From Octopus sinensis (lineage: Eukaryota), in contig NC_042999.1 in assembly GCF_006345805.1 (NCBI RefSeq), positions 32,736,001-32,800,000 of the forward strand: DNA of 64,000 nt. The letters are read 5' to 3'. The notes beneath the pieces are model-generated. The model ran no database searches and was not told where the DNA came from. It worked only from the letters and a program-made list of their open reading frames with translations. Made by a program: the position numbers and the translations under genes. The number at the start of each line of letters is the position of its first letter. The stretch's first letter is position 1. Positions 25,475-38,141 of this stretch are shown one piece after another.

Positions 25475-28400
25475 TCATCATCATGGTTCGGCTTCGCGAA
25501 CGAAGATCAGGAAGGCCGTCCACGTCGCATGTATTCACGCTCATGACTGACAAGTCCGATATGGGAAAGGTAGGTCCGTGAGCAGTGTCCACAGACGAAG
25601 ATAACATCCGGTGTGGTGTCAGAGGCGGCTTGCGCCTCCCTCCTGCGTCTCTTGTCGTTGAGCGCATCTCTTCTTTGTTCCTCAAACTTGCTGACTGCGT
25701 TGAAGATCGTGTGGCGCCAGACATTACAGTCAGCAGCCAGGTCTGCACAGCATTGGTGGTTAATATGACATACTGTTAGAGACGTCTTCAGGCAGTATTT
25801 GTAGCGCTTCCTCGGAGCTCCTCTCACACGGTGGCCGATGGAGAGATTTCGCCAAACAGGGCAATCTTAGGAAGGCGATGGTTCTCCATTCTGGAGACAT
25901 GCCCTGCTTATCGGAGTTGGGACTCCAGTAGCTTGGCTTCAGTGCTGGGGATCTCGGCCCGCTCCAAGACTTCAATGTTTGTAACGAAGTCACACCCGTT
26001 TATGTTGAGTATGGTGCTGAGACATCGCTGGTGAAAGCGCTCGAGGAGATGGATGTGAATGCAGTAAGTGATACAGGTCTCTGAGCCATAGAGAAGAGTG
26101 GTGAGAACCACGGACCTGTGGACACTTATCTTTGCTTTGTTCTTCAGGTTATTATTGTGCCAAACACGTTTGTACAATCTGCCAAAGGACCTATTTGCCT
26201 TAGAGAGGCTATTTTCAATTTCTTTGTCGACGTCGACCCTTGCATCGAATGAGATAATGCAGCCCAGGTATGTAAACTGTTGAGTTTCAGTTCGGTACCA
26301 CACATAGTGATGTGGGGTGGCCGGTATTCCTCTTGGGGTGTAAGTTGGTGAAGTACTTCCGTCTTCTTGCGGCTGACCTCCAGGCCAAAGAGCCGCTAGG
26401 TGTCTATAAAGCAGGACGTGATGCGCTGCAAAGCTCGCTCTGTGTGGGCGACAAGGACAACGTCGTCTGCAAAGAGAATGTTTCGGATCAGCCTCTCCTG
26501 GGTCTTGTTGTGGACTTCGAAGCGCCGTAGATAGAAGAGGTTGCCATCTATACAATACCTGACATACACCCCATCCTCATCCTCCATATCTTCAGTTGCA
26601 TGCTTGATCATCATGCTGAATAGAGTCGGTGCCAGGACACAACCCTGCTTCCCGCCGTTGGAGTTGGGGAAGGGCTCCGACAGATCAGCATTGAGTCAGA
26701 TCTGACCACGCTGATTCTCGTGCAGCTGGATCACCATATGTAGAAACTTGGTGGGATAGCCAAGTCATTCCAGGATGAGCAATAGTCCTGTCCTGCTCAC
26801 TGTGTCAAATGCTTTTGTGAGGTCGACAAAAGTAGCATAGAGTCCTCTGTTTTGTTCTCGGCACTTCTCCTGGAGTTGGCGGAGGACGAACACACCATAT
26901 CCGTCGTGCCTCTGTTGGCTCTGAAGCCACACTGGCTCTCGGGGAGGTTTTCTTCAGCGATGGTTGGTACTAGTAGGATCTTGGCAAGTACTTTGTCGGC
27001 GATTGAAAGTAGGGTGATTCCACGGTAGTTGGAGCAGTCAGACTTTTCCCCCTTGTTCTTGTACAGGGTTATGATGACGGCGTCACGAGTGTCTTGTGGC
27101 AGCTTGCTCTGCTCCCAGTAGCAAACATGAAAATCATGCAGCTTTTCATGGAGCATCGGGCATCCATTCTTCCAGATATCTCGTGAAATGCCGTTAATTC
27201 CTCGTGCTTTGTGACTCTTGAGTTGTCCTATTGCTTCAATCGTTTCTTCGAGGGTGGGTGGTTCGTTGAGCACCTCTTTGAGTGGAAGTAGAGGAATGCG
27301 ATGGATGGCAGCGTCCTGTACAGTACGGTTAGTACTTAAGAGCTTTGGAAGTGCTCGGACCAGCGAGCGAGGATGGAAGTATTATCGGTGAGGAGGTCCT
27401 GTCCATCTGAACTGTGCAGGGGACTCTGGACCAGGTGGGTGGGGCCATACACTGCTTTAAGAACCTCATAGTAGCATCTATAGTCTCCGAGGTCAGCGCA
27501 CAGCTGGGGTCTCCACGCCAGGTGGTCCCACCACTCGTTCTGTATTTCTCTGAGTTTTCGCTGTAGGGTGCTGCATGCGTGTCGAAAGGTAATTTTCTTT
27601 ACAGGACAGGCTGGTTGTGCGAGATGGGCCTGATGAGCCGCCCTCTTCCTTGCTAGTAATTCCTGGATCTCCTTGTCATTTTCATCCTTCTTTTTCTTCT
27701 TTGTGTGTCCGACAACTTCCATAGATGTCTTAAGGATGGCTGATTTCAGGTTCTCCTACAAGGTATCTGGGGTGGTGTCATCAGTGCAGGGGGATTCGTC
27801 TAGTCGTTGCTGCAGGTGTGCTTGTAACTTGCTTTTCACTTTCTCCCGGCACAAGCTGTCGACATTGAGTTGCTTTACGGGGTTACCTTTCTTGTTGGGT
27901 TTGGGTTTGAACTGCAGTTTGAGCCTGCAGCAGACAAGGCGATGGTCGGTGTGGCGCTCTGCACTGGGCATCACTCTTGTGTGTAGAACATTTTTCAGGT
28001 CCCGCTGATGCAAATGTTTGGACAGGGGATGCATCCAAGTTGTTTTCAGACGGTCTTTCTGTTGGAAGATTGTATTGGCAATAGCAAGCTGGTGCTCTGT
28101 GCAGAATTCGAGCTGGGGATGCCCGTTTTCATTACATCCACCAATGCTGTGTCTTCCAAGGACTCCTTTCCAAGCCTCAGAGTATCTCCCAACTCTTGCG
28201 TTGAAGTCGCTAAGGATCAGGACCTTGTCGTTTGCAGGGGTGTTGTTCAAGAGTCTGCACAGAGAAGAATAGAAGCTGTCTTTGTCCGCAGGATCTGCCA
28301 GTAGAGTTGGAGCATAAACACTGAAGAGCGTGAGATGTTGTTTATTTTACACCCGACACACGTTTTTCAGGTAATGGTTTTCCGGACCAGAAGAGAGTGT

Positions 28401-28496
28401 AGCCGGTGCCCCGTTCTTTGAGGCTGCCCTCGTCAGCGAATTGGACCTCGCTGAGAACTGCTATGGCGATGTTAAGACGGGAAAGTTCATGAGCTA

Positions 28497-29768
28497 CGAG
28501 GAAGGTTCAATAAGTAATGCCCCTGACCCACTTGCAGGTGTTTGATCTAGCTGAAATTTTGCATGTGCAATTATTTATATCTCTATAGATTAAGTGGCAA
28601 ATTACAGCTCTGAACTAAATGTGGTCTCTGATTTACAGGTGTTTGAACTGAGTCAAGTGTGAAATGGAGCCTGTTGAGTGTCGAGCAGTGATCCGGTTTT
28701 TGTATTTGAAAGGACGCACACCACGGGAGACTTTTGATTAAATGAAATTAACTTATGGTGATGATGCCCCATCATATGGCCTTGTAAAACGCTGGCATCG
28801 TGAATTCAAACATGGTCGGAACTCTGTGGAAACAGCTCCCAGATCTGGTCACCCCCTTCTGCCATTGATGAGACATCTGTCCGTCAAGTTGAGGCTGCCA
28901 TTTTGGAAGATCGACGCATAACTATTCGCCAAATAGCCCATGAGGTCCACATTAGTACCGGATCTGTAGAAACTATCATTCACGACCATTTGCATATGCA
29001 AAAGGTGTCTGCCAGATGGATTCCCAGGTTGCTCACATCTTTCCAGAGGCAAGAACGCGTCGAGTGCTCGAGGATGAATTTGGAGACGTGTCAAGAAGAC
29101 GAGTCAAAATCTTTCAAAAGACTGATTACACAGGATGAAACCTGCGTCCATCACTATGATCCAGAGACCAAAGCCCAGTCAGTGCAGTGGAAGCACCGTG
29201 ACTCACCTCCTCTAAAGAAGGCAAGGGTGCAGCCCTCCGCTGGCAAGGTCATGCTCACAGTCTTCTGGGACCAGGACGGAGTAGTGATGACAGATATCCT
29301 GGCAAAGGGTACCACAATTACAGGAGCCTATTATGCTTCACTTTTCAGGAAATTAAGAGAAGCTATCAAAATCAAGAGGTGGGGCAAGATCAGCAAAGGC
29401 ATCCTCCTATGCAGGACAATGCTCCGGTCCACAACTCGCTTGTCGCCAGATCAGAAGCACAGGCGTACGGCTATGAACTCATCCTGACCTTGCACCCTCT
29501 GATTTTCACCTCTTCCCAGCCATGAAGTTGTTTTTGAAAGGAAAGCGTTTCCCAGATGATGCAGCCTTGATTTCTGAACTCACGTCGTGGTTGGAGGACC
29601 AAGCTGGGGTCTTCTACAAAAACTGTCTCCAGAGCTGCATTAAACGATGGGAGAAATGCGTAACTCTGGGTGGTTCCTATGTAGAAAAAGACTAATAACT
29701 GTGCCAACTTTCGTTGCTCTACTGCTATGGGAAGTGGGTCAGGGGCATTACTAATTGAACGCCCCTCG
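28497..29768 (+). mobile_element. Full-length mariner (irritans/Hsmar2-like), 1272 bp, with TA target-site duplication
   Basis: TIRs CGAGGAAGGTTCAATAAGTAATGCCCCTGACCCACTT / AAGTGGGTCAGGGGCATTACTAATTGAACGCCCCTCG; TA at 28495-28496 and 29769-29770; removing it restores the RTE APE reading ERRSAVIAHELSRLNI. Confidence 0.95.
28664..29695 (+). pseudogene. Mariner DD34D transposase with stops and frameshifts
   Basis: MEPVECRAVIRFLYLKG..., WIPRLL, ITQDET, GKVMLTVFWD, PDLAPSDFHLF; in-frame TAA near 28739 and a small deletion before PDLAP. Confidence 0.9.
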
Positions 29769-30462
29769 TATGACAGCCGAACGACGTTCCGGGTGGCTGC
29801 TGTCAGCCTTGTCAAACATGGTCCTCACATTCCAGCAGGCAACTTTCAATTCCTGCTTACTTTTTTTCGGTTTTGTTTCCATGTTTGTTCGACCACTCTG
29901 AAGATGCCTGTTGACCGCGGCTAGCCAACTGGGTATAGAGGAGACGAGCTTTGTTTAGGCGACCCTTTTCTACCGCCCCTCTCGATGTGGAGCAGGCAGT
30001 GTTCTCCCTAAATAGGGCTGCTCCGGGTCGACAACCTGGTGACCAAATTCGTGAGCCGCGTACATGTAGGGTTGAGACTACGGCTTCCAGTGACATATTT
30101 CACCTGCCGCTTTAGCCCCTTTCCCATCGCTGCAGGCCTTTTACGGTGGCTGGTCACAGAACGTGGACATGTTCTTAGGCCTGCTCTAGGGAGGTTTTAA
30201 GGTGAAGTGCAGTGCGCGGAAACTGGCCCCACCCTTTAAGTGAGCTGGGACGGTGACAGCGAGAACCTCGGGCCGTAGTTTTGAAATCGGAGTTATCCTC
30301 TCCTAGGAGGGTTGCCAACCATGGCTGACGAGACCCTTCTGCTCGTGCCATCCAAACCATGGTAAAAGAGAGAAAAGCATCCATGGTTTTCAGTAGGCGT
30401 ATACTACCGGTTGCCTAGGCCGGAGTAGACGGTTAGCTTAGTAGATCCCGACCGGAGTCTTT

Positions 30463-30509
<47 letters not shown>

Positions 30510-30650
30510 ATATATATTTCATAATTATTTCAAAGTATGTATATTTCATTTTAAAAGATCCAAGTTGTAGTGATAATAGAATTTGGAACTGAAAAATTGT
30601 CACTTTTGAAACACTGCAGGGTAACCAATATTCATCGTGTAATTTTTTTG

Positions 30651-30907
<257 letters not shown>

Positions 30908-30910
<3 letters not shown>

Positions 30911-31588
30911 TACTCTTACTTTTATAACGTGCCTTCACTGCACTACCGAGAGCAGCTCTGTGCGCCTTAGGTATGTGCTATTGTTTGCTGTGAGGCTCTT
31001 ATGATTACTGTATTGAACGTGTTTTACGTAATATGTGTGCAGTGCCTAGTAGTGCTATTTTCTGTATGTTATATGTGTTTGTAAGTCCTGGTGTTTTTCG
31101 TATGTATTTGTCTGAATATTTTTTATCATACCTAATGCGCCCACTATGATAGGAATTGTTTTTGTTTTGTGCTGCACATTCGAGACACCTCTATTTCCAG
31201 GTCTTTGTATTTTGAAAGTTTCTCCATATCTCTTAGAGAAACGTTGTCGTTTGTTGGTACTGATACATCAATTATCTGGCCAATAGGCCAGATATAGTTG
31301 TCATGATCTCTGACAACTATATCTGGCCTATTGGCCTTAATTTCTCTACTTGTGGTTGCCTTCTCATTTTCCGTGACCTTTTCTGAAGTGTGCTTATACC
31401 ACCTCTTTCCTCTTGCTATTCCATAGAGTTGGGATACCTGCCAGTGTATGTAGGTCCCAACTCTGTCGTAGTGATTGTCTACCCCTTATTCAGAGACTAA
31501 CCTCTTCTTGTACTTTCACTTTAGATCCATCATGAGGAAGTCTGATATGGCTTTTAAAACCAGTCTATTTATTGAAAAGACATTGAAA

Positions 31589-31590
<2 letters not shown>
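30908..31590 (-). mobile_element. R4/Dong-clade LINE 3' fragment
   Basis: Minus strand ends NIQKIALLGTAHILRKT..IQ*; 3' UTR matches 39960-40058; abuts (AAT)n. Confidence 0.8.
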
Positions 31591-31660
<70 letters not shown>

Positions 31661-31729
31661 CATACATACATACATGCATACATACATACATACATACATA
31701 CATACATACATGCATAGAATATATATATA

Positions 31730-31950
31730 TCTTTACTACACACAAGGGGCTAAACATAGAGAGGACAAACAAGGACAAACAAAAGGATTAAGTCGGTTAC
31801 ATCGACCTTGTGCGTAACTGGTACTTTATTTATCGACCCCAAGAAGATGAACGGCAATGTCGACCACGGCGGAATTTGAACTCAGAACGTAACGACAGAC
31901 GAAATACCGCTAAGCATTTCGCCCGGTGCGTTAACGTTTCTGCCAGCTCC
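31730..31950 (-). mobile_element. tRNA-derived SINE with Meta/MESC-like central domain
   Basis: Minus strand GAGCTGGCAGAAACG...TGAGTTCAAATTCCGCCG...TTCATCTTCTTGGGGTCGATAAATAAAGTACCAG; degraded relatives at ~37775-37940, ~38000-38140 and ~42390-42575. Confidence 0.8.
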
Positions 31951-32519
31951 TATATTTATATACATATAAATATACACACACGTATAGCGAGAGGCTGAAT
32001 CCAAGTATGTATGAGAATATTTATGATTATTTCTGATTACTAACGCAGTTTTGTGGATGTATATTTACCATCAGTAAATATCTTCTGAAAGCAATGTTTT
32101 TATTCAAATCAAGTACAAATTGCTGAACTCCGAAATTCGTGTTTCAACAGAAACAAAACGAATAACGTAAAAGTATAGCTAAGCGAGCACGTACACTATA
32201 TCTTCAATTACACAATTTTTTTGTGTTGAGGCGAATATTTTAAACAATGTGTATCCCATGAAATGCAGCGTATGTTATCACCCAATGAAATTATTATAAT
32301 TACCACAGAGATTAAATTGACAGGCATATATACACAGACACAACCAACTTTGATATTAAGGAAATTCAAGCATAAGGCAAATATACTTCAGGATCTCTGT
32401 TATGGGATGTGAAGCACAGTTATTGTTTAGACATATGCCGTCCTAGTCGAGCAAATTTAATTTGTAAAAACGTTTAGTACGGTTGTTATTGTGAAATATG
32501 TTTTAAATAAACAAAAGCG

Positions 32520-33860
32520 TCTTTATTAATTGGGGGACTCTTCAAAGAATTACAACCGTGTTTCATGGTCTGCTACGACAACAGCTCCTATATAGGATCC
32601 AGTTAGTTCAAGACATCATGTGGAGGAACCACGTCCGGTTTCGGCCCCTACCTCTTCACCGTTTTGACGTGGCGCGGCCCCCACTTTCGGAGGTGTCTTC
32701 AGCTTTGGTGTTGGGTGCATGTCTTCTTTCTTCCGTTCCCTGGCCTCTTCGATGTATCGTCAGCGAGTGTCAGCCGGTGACCGACTGACTTGTCAAATTT
32801 TTCCCTTTAAATACCTGCCCCTAGCCTCCAGCAGGCAGACCCAGCAAGTTGTCACGTGACACTGTCTCACCTTAACTGAATTGTAGTTTTAGCCCGCGCA
32901 TTCTCTAAACGACCGTCACTTATCAGTCAGCGAAGCTGATTCAGTGACAGCTTGTCTCACATAATGATGTTATTTCCCGCCGGCATGTAATGTCTGTCAA
33001 GCCATTTTCGGTATTCCCGCTTCAGCCATATATAGACCGCCTCCTGTACTCTCCTTATTAGTTTTCGCAGCTCGGAGCTAGAAAAAACAAATCTTCTTTT
33101 GAAAAGCGTTGTCATTTTCCTTTCAATGAAGCCTCTAGCCCCCACTGCCAGGTGATAATATTCGACATCCCATCCCTGTTCTCTGCATTCTACGATTAGA
33201 ATTTCGTACCTCTTCTTTCATTCTTCTGCATTGGCGATGTTCTCTTCCCAAGGTAGTGTCAGTTCTAGTAAAATTCCTATTGTCCGGTCTCTGTTCCATA
33301 GGCCTACATCCGGTCTTTTTGTTGTTTTTATTAGTGGAAATATTACTTGTCTTTCCAGGTCCGTGGCCACCTCCCATTATCCCTTCGATCTTTCGTCTAT
33401 CTGGTATACTTTACTTGTAGGCCTGGTTTTATGTCCTTTTCCCTCCTTGTGGAAGTATACTTTCCTGCGCTTTTCTACTTGTGGGTACTCTCCCCTATTG
33501 TACCTCTCGATCTTCTCCTTGAGTGCTGCACTTATGACGCCGAGGACTTGATTATGCCGCCATGTATATATGTCTAGTCCTAGTCTGCAACTTGACAGAA
33601 CATGTCTAACTGTCGCCTTCTCTCCGCATCGGTTGTTTTTATGTTCTACCGGACTAAGTTCGCCGGTGAGAGTCGAACGTCGAAGGTAGACTTGATCAGG
33701 AAGGAGTTCTTGCTTGTTCCCAAGCCCAAAGTTCCTTCCAGGATATTCCGCGGTTGATCACATATTCCTCCAATCTCAGGCACTGTCCCCGTTGACTGCA
33801 TTGCACCAAATGTACATTTCGCCTTTCTTCTTCCTCCTTTCTCACTTTGTACACCACTGC
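32520..33860 (-). mobile_element. Hero-like RLE LINE 3' portion with 3' UTR
   Basis: FLIKSTFDVRLSPANLVR, RCGEKATVRHVLSSCRLGLDIYTWRHNQVL, RPDV...LLELTLPWEENI, AVGARGF, YIWLKRE; AATAAA on the minus strand near 32522. Confidence 0.8.
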
Positions 33861-34034
33861 CTTTCAAACAAGAGGTAGATGATAACAATCTTTTATATAT
33901 GGTTCTAGAATTTTGTTTTGTAACAGATCTAACTAGTATGTCATTCAATAATCTATCAGGTAACAAAATACGTGTGCATGTGTGATTGTGTGTGAATGTA
34001 TGTGTGGGGACTTCACAGGATATTCTTGTATTCG

Positions 34035-34244
34035 GTTACTTGTTTCATTAATTTGACTGCGGCCATACTGGAATACCACTTTAAAGAGTTGAAGCCGAAA
34101 ATCTCCAGCCTAGAATTTTTTAAAACTTAGTACTTCTATCAGTTACATCTAACGAACTGTTAATTTACCATCACTCAAACACGTCAACACTGGGTGTCAA
34201 GGGGTGATGGGGACAAACACTGACATAAAGACGTACACACATGG

Positions 34245-34311
<67 letters not shown>

Positions 34312-34318
34312 ATATACA

Positions 34319-34354
<36 letters not shown>

Positions 34355-34730
34355 TGTATGTTTGTATGTATTTGACGCCATTATTGATCGCTAGCCACTA
34401 AAGCTTTTTTTTATTTTCGCTCTCTGCTTATTTATGTATTCATTTCTGTTGAAGAGCGTAGGCTCGAAACGTTAAAGCCTTTCTCACTTCCCGAGCGTGA
34501 AAATAATACATCTATTTTTGTTTACACACCTCTCTTTTGTTTTGTTTTTTTCTGTAAATTCCAACTATATATTTAACGGGCTTTTTAATTGTCCGTCTAG
34601 CAAATCCACTCACAATGCTATGGTCGACCTGAGGCTATAGAAGAAGACACTTGCCCAAGGTGCCACTCAGTGGGACTGAACTTGGAACGATGTAGTTGGG
34701 AAGCAAGCCCGTTACCACACAGCCGGCTTT
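34035..34730 (-). mobile_element. SINE (35272 family) with a hammerhead-like repeat inserted in its internal microsatellite
   Basis: SINE 3' part at 34035-34245 and 5' part at 34575-34730; insert 34372-34566 matches 1201-1417. Confidence 0.75.
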
Positions 34731-35166
34731 GAAAGGCACCTAGTGATTCCAAGGCAAGGAAAATATTGTTGAAATGGTTAAAAAAAGGACGTGGCCACAA
34801 TAATTTTAAAACTAAATACGGAGAACATTGAATATAATAGAAATATGAATACGCTATCAGATATGTTTTGTGTCTCGGAGAAATATGTATTCTTGTAATA
34901 CACCAAACTATAATTGGTGCTTATATTCTTCTATGAATTAGATTTGCCTTAATAAATGATTAATAATGTTCCTTCAGATTATGTAAACGTTCGTGCTCAC
35001 TACATATTTACGTGTATTTATACAAGTATACATGTATAAGCACCCAACGATAAAGAACATACATTTATACAAATGAATGCATGCGTGCATGCGTGCACAC
35101 AAATACAAATAATTATATATTTACACACATACGCACACACACATATACATACATATACATACATGA

Positions 35167-35257
<91 letters not shown>

Positions 35258-35271
35258 CATATATATATACA

Positions 35272-35438
35272 TAGGCGTAGGAGTGGCTGTGTGGTAAGTA
35301 GCTTGCTAACCAACCACATGGTTCCGGGTTCAGTCCCACTGCGTGGCATCTTGGGCAAATGTCTTCTGCTATAGCCCCGGGCCGACCAATGCCTTGTGAG
35401 TGGATTTGGTAGACGGAAACTGAAAGAAGCCTGTCGTA

Positions 35439-35513
<75 letters not shown>

Positions 35514-35739
35514 ATGTGTTTGTGTGTCTGTGTTTGTCCATCTAGCATTGCTTGACAACCGATGCTGGTGTGTTTACGTCCCCCGTCACTTAGCGGTTCG
35601 GCAAAAGAGACCGATAGAATAAGTACTGGGCTTACAAAGAATAAGTCCCGGGGTCGATTTGCTCGACTAAAGGCGGTGCTCCAGCATGGCCACAGTCGAA
35701 TGACTGAAACAAGTAAAAGAGTAAAAGAGTAAAAGAGTA
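35272..35739 (+). mobile_element. Full-length tRNA-derived SINE with CORE-like motif, internal (TA)n and (AGTAAAAG)n tail
   Basis: A-box TGGCTGTGTGG, B-box GGTTCAGTCCC, CTTGGGCAAATG motif, tandem tail. Confidence 0.9.
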
Positions 35740-35816
35740 TATATATATATGTATCCATATATGTATGTATATATGTATATATATATATATGTATATATAT
35801 ACACACATATATATAT

Positions 35817-35886
<70 letters not shown>

Positions 35887-38141
35887 GTATATGTACATGT
35901 ATATGTATATATATATTTTTATGTATAGGATATTCAGCTATAGATTGTATTGTGAATCCAACAAAAACGTTAAAAACGTTAAAAACGTTTTCCTTTACTT
36001 CACTGCATAAACATTTATGATGTTGAAAGAATTATTCTCTTAGAAGTGGCTGCTGTGATAGCAACATCTTCAGGAAGTGAGGTGTAAGCACTTATTTCAA
36101 CACAATTGCCAATCAGTTAAAATAACCTGGTTTTTTATAGCATTTAATACAATAAAAGAACTATTGCGTAACTAATTACACTCAATGAAGATAAGTACAC
36201 CAAACGAAAATAAACCACGTTGTTTCCTCATTAATTCAGTATTCTCAATGCGTATATTTCAGCATAGGCGTAAATTCTTCTGTCTTTTGAGACATGATTA
36301 TCTCATGTCAGTTCAATATGGTTTAGGTTTTCAATAAATCAACAATACATCAGTAATCTATGTTATTTACTTTTTAAACTAGTGAAATTTAGAAATTAAT
36401 TCTTAATGTAAAAGAGAATGCTTTGGTGAGAAATATTATTAGCTCTGATTCTATTTTGGTTTGAATGAGTAAACAACAGATGATGATTACCATACTTTAC
36501 TAGAAATAAAAGTATTTGTCGACCAGATCAAGTTTCCTTTTCCTCTACTATATCTTCCGTAGTGGTGTGAGTTTTCCATTCTTTCCAAATGAATTTGCTG
36601 ATGGTTCTTTTTCCTCCCACTACTTTTATTAGAGACATGTTTGAGGAACACTGCAGTAACTTTTCTTAAAACATAAAATGCAATGTAATGATCTCTTATA
36701 TCATGACAATTTCCTTACTCATAAATTAAATAGAATAAGTACACACGCTTATGCGTTGCACAAAATGAACGAGATAATAATATCACTAACAATTACATGT
36801 TTTGATGATATTAATATGTACCAAACAGGAATACTTAAAATGAAAATAAATGCATTAATTCTATCTCTGAAATGCTTGTATTACGAATATATGAACAATC
36901 TTAGATAAATTTTAATCGCTTCAAAAAATCGCAATAATGCTGAATCATATTGTATTTCATTCAATTTTCGAAAAGTGAATGAATGTCTTTTATGGTAATG
37001 TATCCCAGATTTATTTTAAAATTTACGCTTTCTTATGTATTTTGTAATCTCGTAAATCTTGGCAGATGTAAATCACATTTCTGTAGTCTATGCGAAAACG
37101 TAGTATATAAAAAACAAGCCACCATCGGGTAGAGTGGGGAAAACTGATAAAACTGCGATATTTACATTTTTTATGTTTCTGTCAAATATTGAAAGAAGAA
37201 ATCTACAATACCTGAGTGAATGATAAACTCTAACGCTAATCATCAACAATCATATTCTTGTTGTCATGACTACATGCTGTTTTAAAATGACAAAATATTT
37301 CTTTATCAGCAACGGAATACATTACTAGTATCCATTGTATATACTTAATTAAAGGTAAAAATGAAACGCAGGTGTTTGCTTAAACTGTTGCCGAATAACC
37401 ACTTTATAATTTAAGTGCAATGAAAGGAAATTTCAACCGTGTCTCTTCAACGGTTTTGAAGTACGTTTTATATCCCAAAACAACAAATTAAATCGCTGTT
37501 TCATTGCTTCTACTTGCTAGCCTAAAGTCATGCACTGCTATGTAAAATCATATTTAAGGTTTTCCTTAGACAAATGAATGACAAAAGTTGAGCAATATTC
37601 TTCCTTTAATTTTTTTTTCAATTAGATTTAATTTACTATGTATTTCTGGAATAAGTACATTTAGACAGAGAAGGATTAGCAACGGTCATCAGGAACAAAA
37701 CTAGTAGCTACAATGATAATGGTTTCTTATTTAGACGTACGGCAAGTAGATCAATTTTACATTGGAGTTGTGGTTGCTATCATTAACTCTAGTACTGTAC
37801 TTCAGCGATAGTTTATGCTATCGATCCAGAAATGATAAACCGCAGTGTTGAACACGGTGGAATTTGAACCCAAAAAGTAAAGTATCACGGTTAAGACTAC
37901 AAAATATTTTGCAAGGCTCCTACTTACTTGCCAACTTGATACATTAACAGCCAGAACACGAACCAAAATAATGTTTTCTGTTTTGTATCTAATCCAGCAA
38001 TCAAGCACAGTACATCAATAGTACATTATTATATCGATCCTCGAGGCTACAAATGTAAAGTTGGACTTAGCTGGATTTGGACTCAAAAAGTAAAAGGGCG
38101 GATGAAATACCATGAAGCAAATCATTCGACACTCTAGCGAT

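Larger units (their letters stand above)
25471..30465 (-). mobile_element. Near full-length RTE-clade (BovB-like) LINE with APE and RT, disrupted, with nested mariner
   Basis: APE motifs KVACWNVRTM, SVYAPT, SDFNARVG, TDHRLV; RT motifs LYKNKGEKSDCSNYRGITLLS, ESQCGFRANRGTTDM, KQGCVLAP, LFADD; C-terminal CGHCSR; (GAT)n tail at 25471-25484; (TA)n on both flanks. Confidence 0.95.
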
